This document shows positions 27,729 through 36,787 of a stretch of DNA of 64,000 nt, one piece after another. Positions within the stretch are counted from its first letter, which is position 1, and each line of letters starts with the position of its first letter. The position numbers and the translations under genes are program-made. The notes under the pieces were generated by a model. That model was not told the origin of the DNA. It saw only the letters and a program-made list of their open reading frames with translations, and searched no databases. The stretch is from an uncultured Nitrospiraceae bacterium (GTDB lineage: Bacteria > Nitrospirota > Thermodesulfovibrionia > Thermodesulfovibrionales > UBA9159), in contig CAYYWY010000002.1 in NCBI GenBank assembly GCA_964475485.1, forward strand, positions 18,903 through 82,902, in the 5' to 3' direction.

Positions 27729-28814
27729 ATGAGTAAGATGAAGGATGACCAAAGTATCTGGATGAGCCTCGCAAAGCAAGGTGTATCGAGGAGGGACTTT
27801 GTAAAGTTCTGCACCGCCATGGCGGCAACGCTTGCACTCCCCTCCGGCTTTGTCCCGCATATCGTTGATGCCCTCGAAAAGAAGCAGAAGCCTTATGCCG
27901 TTTGGCTTGAATTCCAGGACTGCGCAGGGGACTCCGAATCCATGCTCAGGGCGTCCAAGCCCACCATCGCGGAGATAGTTCTGGATGTCATCTCCCTCGA
28001 ATACCACGAGACCATCATGTCGGGTGCAGGCAAGAGCGCCGAAAAGGCCCTGCAGGATGTGGTGAAGAACCAGAAGGGCAAGTACATCGCCATCGTCGAA
28101 GGCGCCATCCCGATGAAGGACGGAGGGGTGTACTGCACCATAGCAGGGAGAACAGCCATCGAGATCGCAAAAGAGGTTTGCGGAAATGCCGCCCTCACCC
28201 TCAACGTCGGCTCATGCTCCAGTTGGGGAGGAATCGCCAGCGCTTCACCCAATCCGACGGGCGCTGTAGGGGTGGGAAAGGCCGTGCCGGGCATTACTTA
28301 TGTCAACCTGCCGGGCTGTCCGATGAACGTCGAAAACGTAACCGCCGTCATAGTCCATTACCTCACCTTTGGGGCATTGCCTGCACTTGACCGTGAACAT
28401 CGTCCTCTCTTCGCCCACGGCAAGAGGATACACGACAACTGCGAAAGACGCGCGCACTTTGACGCAGGGCAGTTCGTAAGGAAATGGGGCGACGAGGGAC
28501 ACAGGCTCGGCTGGTGTCTCTACGAGATGGGATGCAAAGGACCCGAGGCATACTTCAATTGTCCGTCCATCCGCTGGAACGCCGGGACGAGCTGGCCGAT
28601 ACAGTCAGGGCATCCATGCTTTGCCTGCGCAAGCACCGATAACTGGGACAAGTTCGGCCCTATCTATACTAGGCTTCAGAACGTTCCTGGAGCGGGCTAC
28701 CAAAGCAGCGCCGACAAGATCGGTCTTGGGGTCGCAGCGGTTGCAGCGGCAGGCGTGGCAGCCCACGCAATCGTAAGGGCTGCAAAAGGAAGGCCAAGAG
28801 AAGAAAAAGAATGA
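27729..28814 (+). CDS. group-1 NiFe hydrogenase small subunit, Tat-exported, C-terminal membrane anchor
   Basis: Twin-arginine signal SRRDFVKF. FeS ligands GSCSSWGG, PGCPMN, HDNCERRAHFD, GWCLYEMGCKGP, NCP, GHPCFAC. C-terminal TM IGLGVAAVAAAGVAAHAIV. Confidence 0.9.
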   Translation: MSKMKDDQSIWMSLAKQGVSRRDFVKFCTAMAATLALPSGFVPHIVDALEKKQKPYAVWLEFQDCAGDSESMLRASKPTIAEIVLDVISLEYHETIMSGAGKSAEKALQDVVKNQKGKYIAIVEGAIPMKDGGVYCTIAGRTAIEIAKEVCGNAALTLNVGSCSSWGGIASASPNPTGAVGVGKAVPGITYVNLPGCPMNVENVTAVIVHYLTFGALPALDREHRPLFAHGKRIHDNCERRAHFDAGQFVRKWGDEGHRLGWCLYEMGCKGPEAYFNCPSIRWNAGTSWPIQSGHPCFACASTDNWDKFGPIYTRLQNVPGAGYQSSADKIGLGVAAVAAAGVAAHAIVRAAKGRPREEKE

Positions 28815-28839
28815 TAAAAAGGTAGAAGGAGGTTAGAGC

Positions 28840-30549
28840 ATGGCAAAGATTGCGATTGACCCCATCACGAGGATTGAAGGGCACCTGAGGATCGAGGCGC
28901 AGGTGGATGGAGGCAAGGTCACCGATGCCTGGTCATCCGGCACGATGTGGAGAGGGATAGAGATAATCGTTAAAGGGAGGGATCCGAGGGAGTGCTGGGC
29001 ACTCACCTCCCGAATATGAGGGGTTTGAACAACGGTCCACGCACAGTGCTCCGTGAGAGCCGTGGAAAACGCAGTAGGCGCAGTGATCCCCGACAATGCA
29101 AGGATCATAAGGAACCTTATTAACGGTATTCAGTATGTTCAGGATCACGTGATACATTTCTACCACCTTCATGCCCTGGACTGGGTGGACGTGGTGAGCG
29201 CCCTTAAGGCAGATCCAGCAAAAACAGCCTCCCTTGCCCAGTCGATATCCGACTGGCCGAACTCCTCGCCCACGCATTTCAAGGCGGTTCAGGGCAAGGT
29301 GAAGGCCCTTGTGGAGAGCGGCCAGCTCGGCCTCTTTGCCAGCGGCTATTGGGGCCATCCCGAATACAAGCTTCCCCCGGAGGCAAACCTCATGGCAGTA
29401 GCCCATTACCTCGAAGCCCTGGACTTTCAGAGGGATGTCATAAGGATGCAGGCACTCCTTGGCGCAAAGAACCCTCACCCGCAGACCTGGCTTGTGGGGG
29501 GTATGGCGATACCGGTGGACGCTAACAGTCAGAACGCCCTGAACGCAGGCAGTATCGCATTCATGAAGGAGATAGCACAGAAGTCCCTTGCCTTCGTCCA
29601 GAAGGTGTACATACCGGACCTCCTCGCAGTAGCATCCTTCTATAAGGAGTGGGCGGGCATAGGCGCCGGGGTGGGCAATTACCTTTCATACGGCGAGTTC
29701 CAGAACGACAACGTCAGCAATACGACGAACTGCTGGCTCCCTGCCGGTTTCATAAGGAACAAGAACCTCGGCAAGGTTGAGCCGGTTGACCACAAGAAGG
29801 TGACCGAGGACGTCGCCCATGCCTGGTACAAGTACAGCGACGGAGACGACAAGGCAAAGCACCCATGGGACGGGGAGACGACTCCCAATTATACAGGCCC
29901 CAAACCGCCTTATGAATTCCTTGACACGAACAAGAAGTACAGCTGGGTCAAGGGAATCCGTTATGACGGGCTTTCGACCGAGGTGGGCCCCCTTTCGAGA
30001 ATGCTCGTTGCATATGCGTCGGGGCACAAGAGAATCAAGGAAGTAGTCGACATGGTGTTAGGCAAGCTGGGGGTGGGCCCGGCAGCGCTGTTCTCCACGC
30101 TCGGCCGCACTGCCGCAAGGGGAATAGAGACGCTCGTTACGGCGGAGATGCTCTCTGTCTGGATCGATGACCTTGCCGCAAAGATAAAGGGCGGCGACAT
30201 CCGCATCCACAACAGTGAAAAGTGGGACCCTGCGTCCTGGCCCAAGGAGGCGAAGGGATTCGGCTTCCACGAGGCGCCCAGGGGTTCGCTCGGTCACTGG
30301 GTTGTGATCAGGGATGGAAAGGTTGCCAATTATCAGTGCGTTGTGCCGGGCGGATGGAATTCCTCTCCGAGAGACGCGAAAGGGCAGAGGGGACCATACG
30401 AGTCGGCTCTGGTGGGCACTCCCGTAAAGGACCCCAATAAGCCGCTCGAGATCCTGAGGACCATCCATTCCTTTGACCCGTGCATGGCATGCGCCATTCA
30501 CGTTGTCGATTCCAATCATGACGAGATACTCAAAGTCAGGGTGGTATAG
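28840..30549 (+). CDS. group-1 NiFe hydrogenase large subunit with two in-frame TGA codons (29017-29019, 29026-29028) at the N-terminal Ni-ligand positions; putative double-selenocysteine protein, or a disrupted gene
   Basis: SD GGAGG then ATG 28840. A single frame reads [15 protein letters not shown]...[36 protein letters not shown] and joins ORF 29053..30549, which ends DPCMACAIH plus a 15-aa cleavable tail. Confidence 0.8.
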
Positions 30550-30557
30550 GAGGGGTT

Positions 30558-31202
30558 ATGGTAAAGAGAGTTTATGTTTGGGAGTTTCCTGTAAGGCTCA
30601 CCCATTGGCTGAATGTCCTGAGCATACTGACACTCTCGTTCACCGGTTTTTACATCGGCGCGCCGTTCATCCATGCCGTGAGTGAAGACCAGTTCATAAT
30701 GGCCCAGATGCGCTACATTCACTTCATCGCAGGCTATGTCTTTGCGGTGAGCATGGCGGTACGTATATACTGGTCATTTGTCGGCAACAAGTACTCCCGC
30801 TGGACGGACTTTGTCCCTTTGACCTCCCAGCAGTGGAAGAACATCGTGGACACCGCAAAGTTCTATGCCTTCCTGAAAAAGGAACCCGTCCGCTACGCAG
30901 GGCATACAGGCCTTGCCGCCCTCACGTACTCAATCCTGTTCATTCTGCCGGTGGTCGCCATCTTTACCGGATTTGCGCTCTATTCCGAAAGCCATCCCCC
31001 CGGAATACTCTGGACCATCATGGGCGGATGGCTCTTTTCGATCATGAGCACCGGCACCGTGCGACTCCTCCACCACAGCGCCATGTGGCTCCTCCTGATT
31101 TTCGCATTCATTCACATATACATGTCCTGGTTCAACGACCTGGCTGAGAGAAACGGCCTCATTAGCTCAATCTTCAGCGGCTACAAATCCATGGAGGAAT
31201 AG
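30558..31202 (+). CDS. Ni/Fe-hydrogenase b-type cytochrome subunit
   Basis: VYVWEFPVRLTHWLN start, four TM helices with conserved His residues, 214 aa. Confidence 0.85.
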   Translation: MVKRVYVWEFPVRLTHWLNVLSILTLSFTGFYIGAPFIHAVSEDQFIMAQMRYIHFIAGYVFAVSMAVRIYWSFVGNKYSRWTDFVPLTSQQWKNIVDTAKFYAFLKKEPVRYAGHTGLAALTYSILFILPVVAIFTGFALYSESHPPGILWTIMGGWLFSIMSTGTVRLLHHSAMWLLLIFAFIHIYMSWFNDLAERNGLISSIFSGYKSMEE

Positions 31203-31208
31203 GAGACG

Positions 31209-31706
31209 TTGATTACAGCGGTAATAGGTCTCGGCAATATACTTTTGAAGGACGAAGGGGTCGGTGTCCATGCAGTCAACGCCCTAAAGGAAAGCTGTTC
31301 CTTTTCTCCCGAAGTGGAGATCATCGATGGCGGCACCTTGGGCCTCGACCTCCTTCCTCTTATCGAAGGCAAAGACAGGCTTATACTGATAGACGCCGTT
31401 GACTTCAAGAAAGAACCCGGGTTCATCGGGGTTTTAGAGGACGAGGAGATACCCTCCGCCCTCTTTGCGAAGCTCTCCGTGCACCACATCGGTCTCTCTG
31501 ACGTCCTGTATGCCTCAAAACTGATGGGCATAACCCCGGCGAAGATACGGCTCATAGGCATCCAGCCCGGGTCCATGGATGTGGGCCTTGATCTGACGCC
31601 CTGCGTCAGCGACAGGATTAAAGACGTCGTCGAAATGACGGTCAAAACGCTGAAGGAGTGGAATGTAGAATGTGCCTTGCCGTCCCCTCAGAAATCGTCC
31701 GCATAA
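31209..31706 (+). CDS. hydrogenase maturation endopeptidase (HyaD/HybD/HupD family)
   Basis: TTG start. AVIGLGNILLKDEGVGVHAV, IDAV, and a conserved H near the C-terminus. Confidence 0.85.
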   Translation: MITAVIGLGNILLKDEGVGVHAVNALKESCSFSPEVEIIDGGTLGLDLLPLIEGKDRLILIDAVDFKKEPGFIGVLEDEEIPSALFAKLSVHHIGLSDVLYASKLMGITPAKIRLIGIQPGSMDVGLDLTPCVSDRIKDVVEMTVKTLKEWNVECALPSPQKSSA

Positions 31707-31915
31707 ATGATCTGACCGCGACAATCGATGTCGGAGGCGCAAGAAGGGAGGTAAGCCTCATGCTCCTCCCCGATGAACCGAGGGTCGGGGACTTCGTGAT
31801 CGTCCATGCCGGTTTTGCCATCCAGAAGATAGAGAGGGAGGCAGGGCTTGAAGCGCACCGCCTCCTGAAAGAGCTCTCCGAGAATGAGGAGTTCAAGGCT
31901 TTGTTCGGAGCGTGA
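31670..31915 (+). CDS. hypC: hydrogenase assembly chaperone HypC/HupF family
   Basis: Start chosen so that the protein begins MCLAVP (essential Cys2). VGDFVIVHAGFAI. Confidence 0.85.
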   Translation: MCLAVPSEIVRINDLTATIDVGGARREVSLMLLPDEPRVGDFVIVHAGFAIQKIEREAGLEAHRLLKELSENEEFKALFGA

Positions 31916-32505
31916 AGCGATATATCCTTGCGATAACAGGCGCCAGCGGCTCCATCTTCGGTGTCAGACTTCTTGAGCATCTGAGCAAATCCGCGGAAGT
32001 CCACCTCATTATTTCCTCGCAGTCCTTCCCGATCATAAGGCACGAGACAGGCATTGACTGGTCCGGGAAGTCCGAAAAAGAAGTCGAGGCAAAGGTCCGG
32101 TCCTATGCCGGCGCGAAGAAGATCCGCTGCTACGACGAGCTAGACCTTGCCGCTCCCCTTTCGAGCGGATCCTTCGTGACAGACGGAATGCTCGTGGTCC
32201 CCTGTTCCATGAAGTCCCTTTCCGGGATCGCCAACGGTTATGCGAACAACCTCACGGAGCGTGCTGCAGACGTCACGATAAAGGAAGGAAGGCCCCTTCT
32301 CGTCTCCCCTAGGGAAACGCCCTTCAGCGCGATACACCTCGAAAACATGCTGAAACTTGCGAGACTGGGAGTAAGGATCGTGCCTCCGGTGCCGGCCTTT
32401 TATCAGAAGCCGGAGAAGCTGAGTGACATTGTCGATTTCGTGGCGGGAAAGATCCTTGACTCCTTCGGCATCCCCCATAACCTCTTCAGGAGATGGAAAG
32501 GTTAA
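31912..32505 (+). CDS. ubiX: UbiX-family flavin prenyltransferase
   Basis: ILAITGASGSIFGVRLLE, VVPCSMKSLSGIANGYANNL, RPLLVSPRETP. Confidence 0.88.
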   Translation: MKRYILAITGASGSIFGVRLLEHLSKSAEVHLIISSQSFPIIRHETGIDWSGKSEKEVEAKVRSYAGAKKIRCYDELDLAAPLSSGSFVTDGMLVVPCSMKSLSGIANGYANNLTERAADVTIKEGRPLLVSPRETPFSAIHLENMLKLARLGVRIVPPVPAFYQKPEKLSDIVDFVAGKILDSFGIPHNLFRRWKG

Positions 32506-32514
32506 AGGCATGCA

Positions 32515-33267
32515 TCATGGTTTTGCCTTCCCGGAAACACCTGTCTCCGGGTACATATTCTTCCTGTAGCTTCTTGGCGATACGCCAAACGTCTTCCTGA
32601 ACTCCCGCACGAAGTGGTCTACACTCCCATAGCCTACGGAGTGGGCTATCTCCGCTATGTTCGCATCAGGGCTCTTCAGGAGCATTTCGGCTGCTTTCAT
32701 GTTCCTTATGCCGTTTACGTAAGGCCTGAAGTTCTGTCCGAATCTCCTCTTGAATGCCGTGCTGAACTTGTTCTTGTTCATGCAGGTCATCCTGCAAAGC
32801 CTTTCGAGAGAGAGCCGCTCGGCGTAGTTTCCCTCTATGAACGCCCCAACACAATCCATTACAAGTATCTCCCTCTTTCCTTCGCCCCCTTCCCGTCCAC
32901 CACCCGTGTCGCCCCCCAGCATCTCCGACAGTTTCTCCGCAAGATACGCGAAAGTGAAGGGCTTCTTCATATAGTCCGTTACCCCCGACCTCAACGCTCT
33001 TATCGCAAGATTCTCGGTGCTGAAAGCGGTCATCATGATAATGGGCAGGCCGGGCTTCGCCTCCCTAATGGCCTTCACCACGCCGAGACCATCGCCATCG
33101 GGAAGGGAGTAGTCGATAAGGGCCAGGTCCATGGGGTGATTTATTTGAGCAATGGCGGAAGAACAGCTCGAAGCCTCGATAACGTTGTATTGCCGCTCAA
33201 GGGCCTCCTTTAACAAATCCCTCAGCACCCCGTCGTCTTCGACAAGAAGAATAGTCTTCCTCTCCAT
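32515..33267 (-). CDS. response regulator with AraC-type HTH output
   Basis: REC (ILLVEDD, DYSLPDGDG, KP) plus a C-terminal AraC signature (IAHSVGYGSVDHFVREFRKTFGVSP). Confidence 0.88.
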   Translation of the reverse strand: MERKTILLVEDDGVLRDLLKEALERQYNVIEASSCSSAIAQINHPMDLALIDYSLPDGDGLGVVKAIREAKPGLPIIMMTAFSTENLAIRALRSGVTDYMKKPFTFAYLAEKLSEMLGGDTGGGREGGEGKREILVMDCVGAFIEGNYAERLSLERLCRMTCMNKNKFSTAFKRRFGQNFRPYVNGIRNMKAAEMLLKSPDANIAEIAHSVGYGSVDHFVREFRKTFGVSPRSYRKNMYPETGVSGKAKP

Positions 33268-33620
33268 ATCCCCTTCCCCCCTATGGAAGTGATATTGTAT
33301 TAATTAACAGATCATTCCTCACATGATAAAGCGCTTTTAAATCTATCAATGTTTAATACACTTGTCAAGAAACCGAATTGCCTCATCAGAAATCTAAATG
33401 AAATCGATTCGTTGCGCACCTGCAGGCAGGCATCAATAAAAGAAAATCCTGCACCGAGAAATCCAGATAGCTTCCTCATCATGTCCTCCTTCGGTAAACA
33501 TATTAACCTACGTTACCCATATCATAGACGGGTTGGTGTGCAAGTCCATGCAAGGCGGAAATGCCCCTTTATTATGATTTAACTCATACCACCGACGGAA
33601 GAATCTGATAGAATATAACT

Positions 33621-33863
33621 ATGATTAAGGAAGGATGTCCGGGAAGCAAGGAGATCAGGAACCCTTACCCTGAAGATATACGTTGTTTCTGGTGCGATAC
33701 GGGCAACGAGATATGGAGCGACGAGACCGAGACCGTCTGCAAGGGCTGCGGTAAGACCATCGCAAGGGAGATGGGGTTCACCTGTCTTCAGTGGTGTCCT
33801 GCGGCAAGGGAGTGCGTTGGCGCCGAGAAGTATGAGAGGTTCATGAAGGCGGTCAGTAAGTAG
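33621..33863 (+). CDS. small Cys-rich hypothetical protein (80 aa)
   Basis: CPGS, CFWCD, CKGCG and CLQWCPAAREC motifs. No function assignable. Confidence 0.5.
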   Translation: MIKEGCPGSKEIRNPYPEDIRCFWCDTGNEIWSDETETVCKGCGKTIAREMGFTCLQWCPAARECVGAEKYERFMKAVSK

Positions 33864-33895
33864 CGTATAGCGGGTAGCGTCTTAGTGAGGGACAT

Positions 33896-34699
33896 GTGAG
33901 GAGAAAGGCGGCAGTTGCCGGGCAGTTCTACCATGCTGCATCCGCAAAATTGGACCATCAGGTACGGCAGTATGTGAGTCGCAACCTGCCGAAGGAGCGC
34001 GCAATAGCAATCCTTTCTCCCCACGCAGGACTTATTTACTCCGGCGCCGTTGCAGGAGAAGTTTACTCCAGTATCGCCATCCCCGATACATTTGTTCTAA
34101 TCGGCCCCAACCATACCGGCCTCGGCGCAAAGATCTCCCTTATGTCAGAAGGTGAATGGGAGATACCTACAGGGGTTTTCCTCATCGACGAAAGGCTCTC
34201 TCAGAGGATACTTGCCTGCACCCCCCTGGTCTCTCAGGATGTCCAGGCTCACATCTTCGAGCACTCCCTTGAGGTACAGCTCCCTTTCATCGCACATTTT
34301 TCGAAAAACGCGAAGATCGTCCCGCTAACCATCATGTCTGCGACACTGGACGAATGCAGGTTGCTCGGTGAGGGTGTCGCAAAAGCGGTAAGCAGCTCGG
34401 ACTATCCTGTTGTTATTGCGGCAAGCTCCGATATGTGCCATTACGTATCTGATACCGAATGCCGCAGAAAGGACAGAATGGCCATTGACAGGATACTCGC
34501 CCTGGACCCTGAGGGGCTTTTCGAAACTGTACGGAGCGAGCATATCTCGATGTGCGGATATCTGCCTGCCACGGTCATGCTCTTCGCTGCAAAATTTCTC
34601 GGCGCAAGAACCTCAAGACTCGTAAAATACGCCACCTCCGGAGAGGTGAGCGGGGACTACGAAAACGTCGTTGGATACGCTGGGATCGTCGTTTCCTGA
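33896..34699 (+). CDS. AmmeMemoRadiSam system protein B (Memo-like)
   Basis: GTG start. AAVAGQFY, ILSPHAGLIYSG, GPNHTG, HSLEVQLPF, SSDMCHY. Confidence 0.85.
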   Translation: MRRKAAVAGQFYHAASAKLDHQVRQYVSRNLPKERAIAILSPHAGLIYSGAVAGEVYSSIAIPDTFVLIGPNHTGLGAKISLMSEGEWEIPTGVFLIDERLSQRILACTPLVSQDVQAHIFEHSLEVQLPFIAHFSKNAKIVPLTIMSATLDECRLLGEGVAKAVSSSDYPVVIAASSDMCHYVSDTECRRKDRMAIDRILALDPEGLFETVRSEHISMCGYLPATVMLFAAKFLGARTSRLVKYATSGEVSGDYENVVGYAGIVVS

Positions 34700-34762
34700 G
34701 CTCTCACTTTCCCCTTGCCCAAACACCCCACTTTCTGCTATAAATAGAGTAATCAGAACTGA

Positions 34763-34786
34763 GGGCAGTTGCCTGCCCTGTTTGTG
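34763..34786 (+). terminator. rho-independent terminator candidate
   Basis: gggcag-ttgc-ctgccc hairpin followed by tgtttgtg. Confidence 0.5.
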
Positions 34787-35200
34787 ATGGGTGAAAAAAG
34801 TTGATCCGGCAAATTAGATCTTTTGGGAGTCAGAGTAAGGGGTACGGTGTGCATGCCAGGCGTACAGCCAGGAAGCCTGAAGTCCCCTTCAAGACACCCA
34901 CCTATAATATGGGCGGATCTAATTATTCACTTACACGGCAGGGCGGGTTTATTTTGCGGGTTTTCATGATCGCTTTGCTTTTTGTGAGGGATTTAAATAA
35001 AAAAACAGAGGAGTCCGGTAAAACACTCACATTCGTGAAGGCTGAGGCCGCTTCAGGCAGCCCAAACCGACCCGTTCCGCGAGATTCCTTTATTTTCAGT
35101 ATCTCTCTATCCTTTTTTACCATCCCCGCAATAGCGTAAGAGTCGCATCAGGCCCGCACTACCCTCAGGAGAAATCCGTTACGAAAGGGGGAGACGTGCG

Positions 35201-36763
35201 ATGATCGATACGTGGTACCTGCTCATTGCCGTTGCATCCGGCATTTCCCTTGGTACAGTCCTGAGTCTCATATACAAACGTTCCATCAGGAACCAGCAGA
35301 TGGCCCTGAAAAAGGAAAAGGAAGATATCATTGCAGAGGCCAGAAGGACTGCGGAAGCCATAAAAAAGGAAGCTGCTATTGAGGCAAAGGACATCGTATA
35401 CCAGGCGAAATCCGATGTCGAAAAGGAGATAAGGGAGAGACGTCACGAACTGAACCAGCTGGACAGAAGGCTCAGACAGAAGGAGGAGACCCTCGAAAGG
35501 AGGGTCGGCCAGGCCGAAAAAAGGGAGCACGAACTCAACAGAAGGGAAAAGGAGTACAACGCAAAGGAGCGCGCCCTGCAGGAAAAGGACAACCAGTACT
35601 CAAATATTCTAAAGGAACAGACGACTGTCCTGGAGAGGATATCCGGCCTTAGCTCCGAAGAGGCGAGGCAGGAACTCCTCAGGAGAGTCGAGGAAGAGAC
35701 GCGCTTTGAGGCATCCAAGCTTGCCAAAAGAATAGAGGACGAAGCCAGGGAGCTTGCAGAAAAAAAGGCGAAGGAGATCGTGAGTCTCGCCGTGCAGAGA
35801 TACGCAAGCGACTATGTGGCTGACGGCACGGTCACAGCGGTGAGCCTGCCCAATGACGAGATGAAAGGGAGGATAATCGGCAGGGAAGGGAGAAACATCC
35901 GCGCCCTCGAGGCTGCTACCGGGGTCGACCTCATCGTGGATGACACCCCTGAACTTGTCACCCTCTCGGCCTTCGACCCTGTCAGAAGGGAAATAGCGCG
36001 TATCTCCCTTGAGAGGCTCATCGCAGACGGCAGGATCCACCCTACCAGGATAGAAGAGATCGTGGAGAAGGTGAAAAAGGAGGTGGATTCCACCATAAAG
36101 GAAGAAGGGGAAAAAGCCGTCTTTGACCTCGGGCTTTCCGGAATACACCCGGAGATAATAAAGCTTCTCGGCAGGCTTAAGTACAGGACTTCGTACGGAC
36201 AAAACATGCTCCAGCATTCTAGGGAGGTCGCTTACCTGGCAGGCATGATGGCAGCTGAGCTGGGCGTTGACGTAAAACTGGCAAAGAGGGGGGGACTGCT
36301 GCACGACATCGGAAAGGCAGTTGACCATGAGATCGAGGGCTCCCACCAGGAAATAGGCGCGAACATCGCCAGAAAGCACGGGGAGAGCCAGAAGGTGATC
36401 AACGCTATTTACGTGCATCACGGGGATGAAGAACCTTCCACTGTGGAGGCGGCCCTGGTCGCAGCCGCGGATGCCCTATCGGCTGCAAGACCGGGAGTGA
36501 GAAGGGAGAGCATCGAGAACTATCTCAAACGCCTTGAGAAACTGGAACAGATGGCCATGTCCTACAACGGGGTCGAGAAATGCTATGCCATACAAGCCGG
36601 CAGAGAAGTGAGGATAATCGTGAAACCCGAGGACATCACCGACGACATGGCCTCCATGCTTTCCCGAGACCTTTCAAGGAAGATCGAGGCCGAGATGACC
36701 TATCCCGGCCAGATAAAGGTTACGGTAATCAGGGAGTCAAGGTTTGTGGAGTATGCGAAATAG
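35201..36763 (+). CDS. rny: ribonuclease Y
   Basis: N-terminal TM helix, long Glu/Lys coiled coil, KH domain ([15 protein letters not shown]), HD domain (GLLHDIGKA). Confidence 0.95.
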   Translation: MIDTWYLLIAVASGISLGTVLSLIYKRSIRNQQMALKKEKEDIIAEARRTAEAIKKEAAIEAKDIVYQAKSDVEKEIRERRHELNQLDRRLRQKEETLERRVGQAEKREHELNRREKEYNAKERALQEKDNQYSNILKEQTTVLERISGLSSEEARQELLRRVEEETRFEASKLAKRIEDEARELAEKKAKEIVSLAVQRYASDYVADGTVTAVSLPNDEMKGRIIGREGRNIRALEAATGVDLIVDDTPELVTLSAFDPVRREIARISLERLIADGRIHPTRIEEIVEKVKKEVDSTIKEEGEKAVFDLGLSGIHPEIIKLLGRLKYRTSYGQNMLQHSREVAYLAGMMAAELGVDVKLAKRGGLLHDIGKAVDHEIEGSHQEIGANIARKHGESQKVINAIYVHHGDEEPSTVEAALVAAADALSAARPGVRRESIENYLKRLEKLEQMAMSYNGVEKCYAIQAGREVRIIVKPEDITDDMASMLSRDLSRKIEAEMTYPGQIKVTVIRESRFVEYAK

Positions 36764-36787
36764 CGGCGAGTTACATAACTTGTCACT

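Noticed and set aside
29017-29028. Genome-wide TGA reassignment (code 4 or 25) as the explanation for the two in-frame TGAs in the hydrogenase.
   Set aside because: TGA clearly terminates many well-delimited genes in this window, including the hydrogenase small subunit at 28812-28814 and the acyP, tpiA, recA and pilT ends. The standard code applies, and only site-specific recoding or gene damage can explain these two codons.
33349-33582. Listed 77-aa plus-strand ORF in the AT-rich divergent promoter region.
   Set aside because: No SD and non-coding-like composition. It overlaps the better-supported (still tentative) minus-strand small ORF.
34790-35160. SRP RNA, RNase P RNA, tmRNA or 6S RNA in the rny upstream gap.
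   Set aside because: The conserved cores (GUCAGGUCCGGAAGGAAGCAGC for SRP, GAGGAAAGUCCGGGC for RNase P, the tRNA-like CCA end for tmRNA) are absent. Only loose resemblances (gaggagtccgg, ccaggaagc) were seen.
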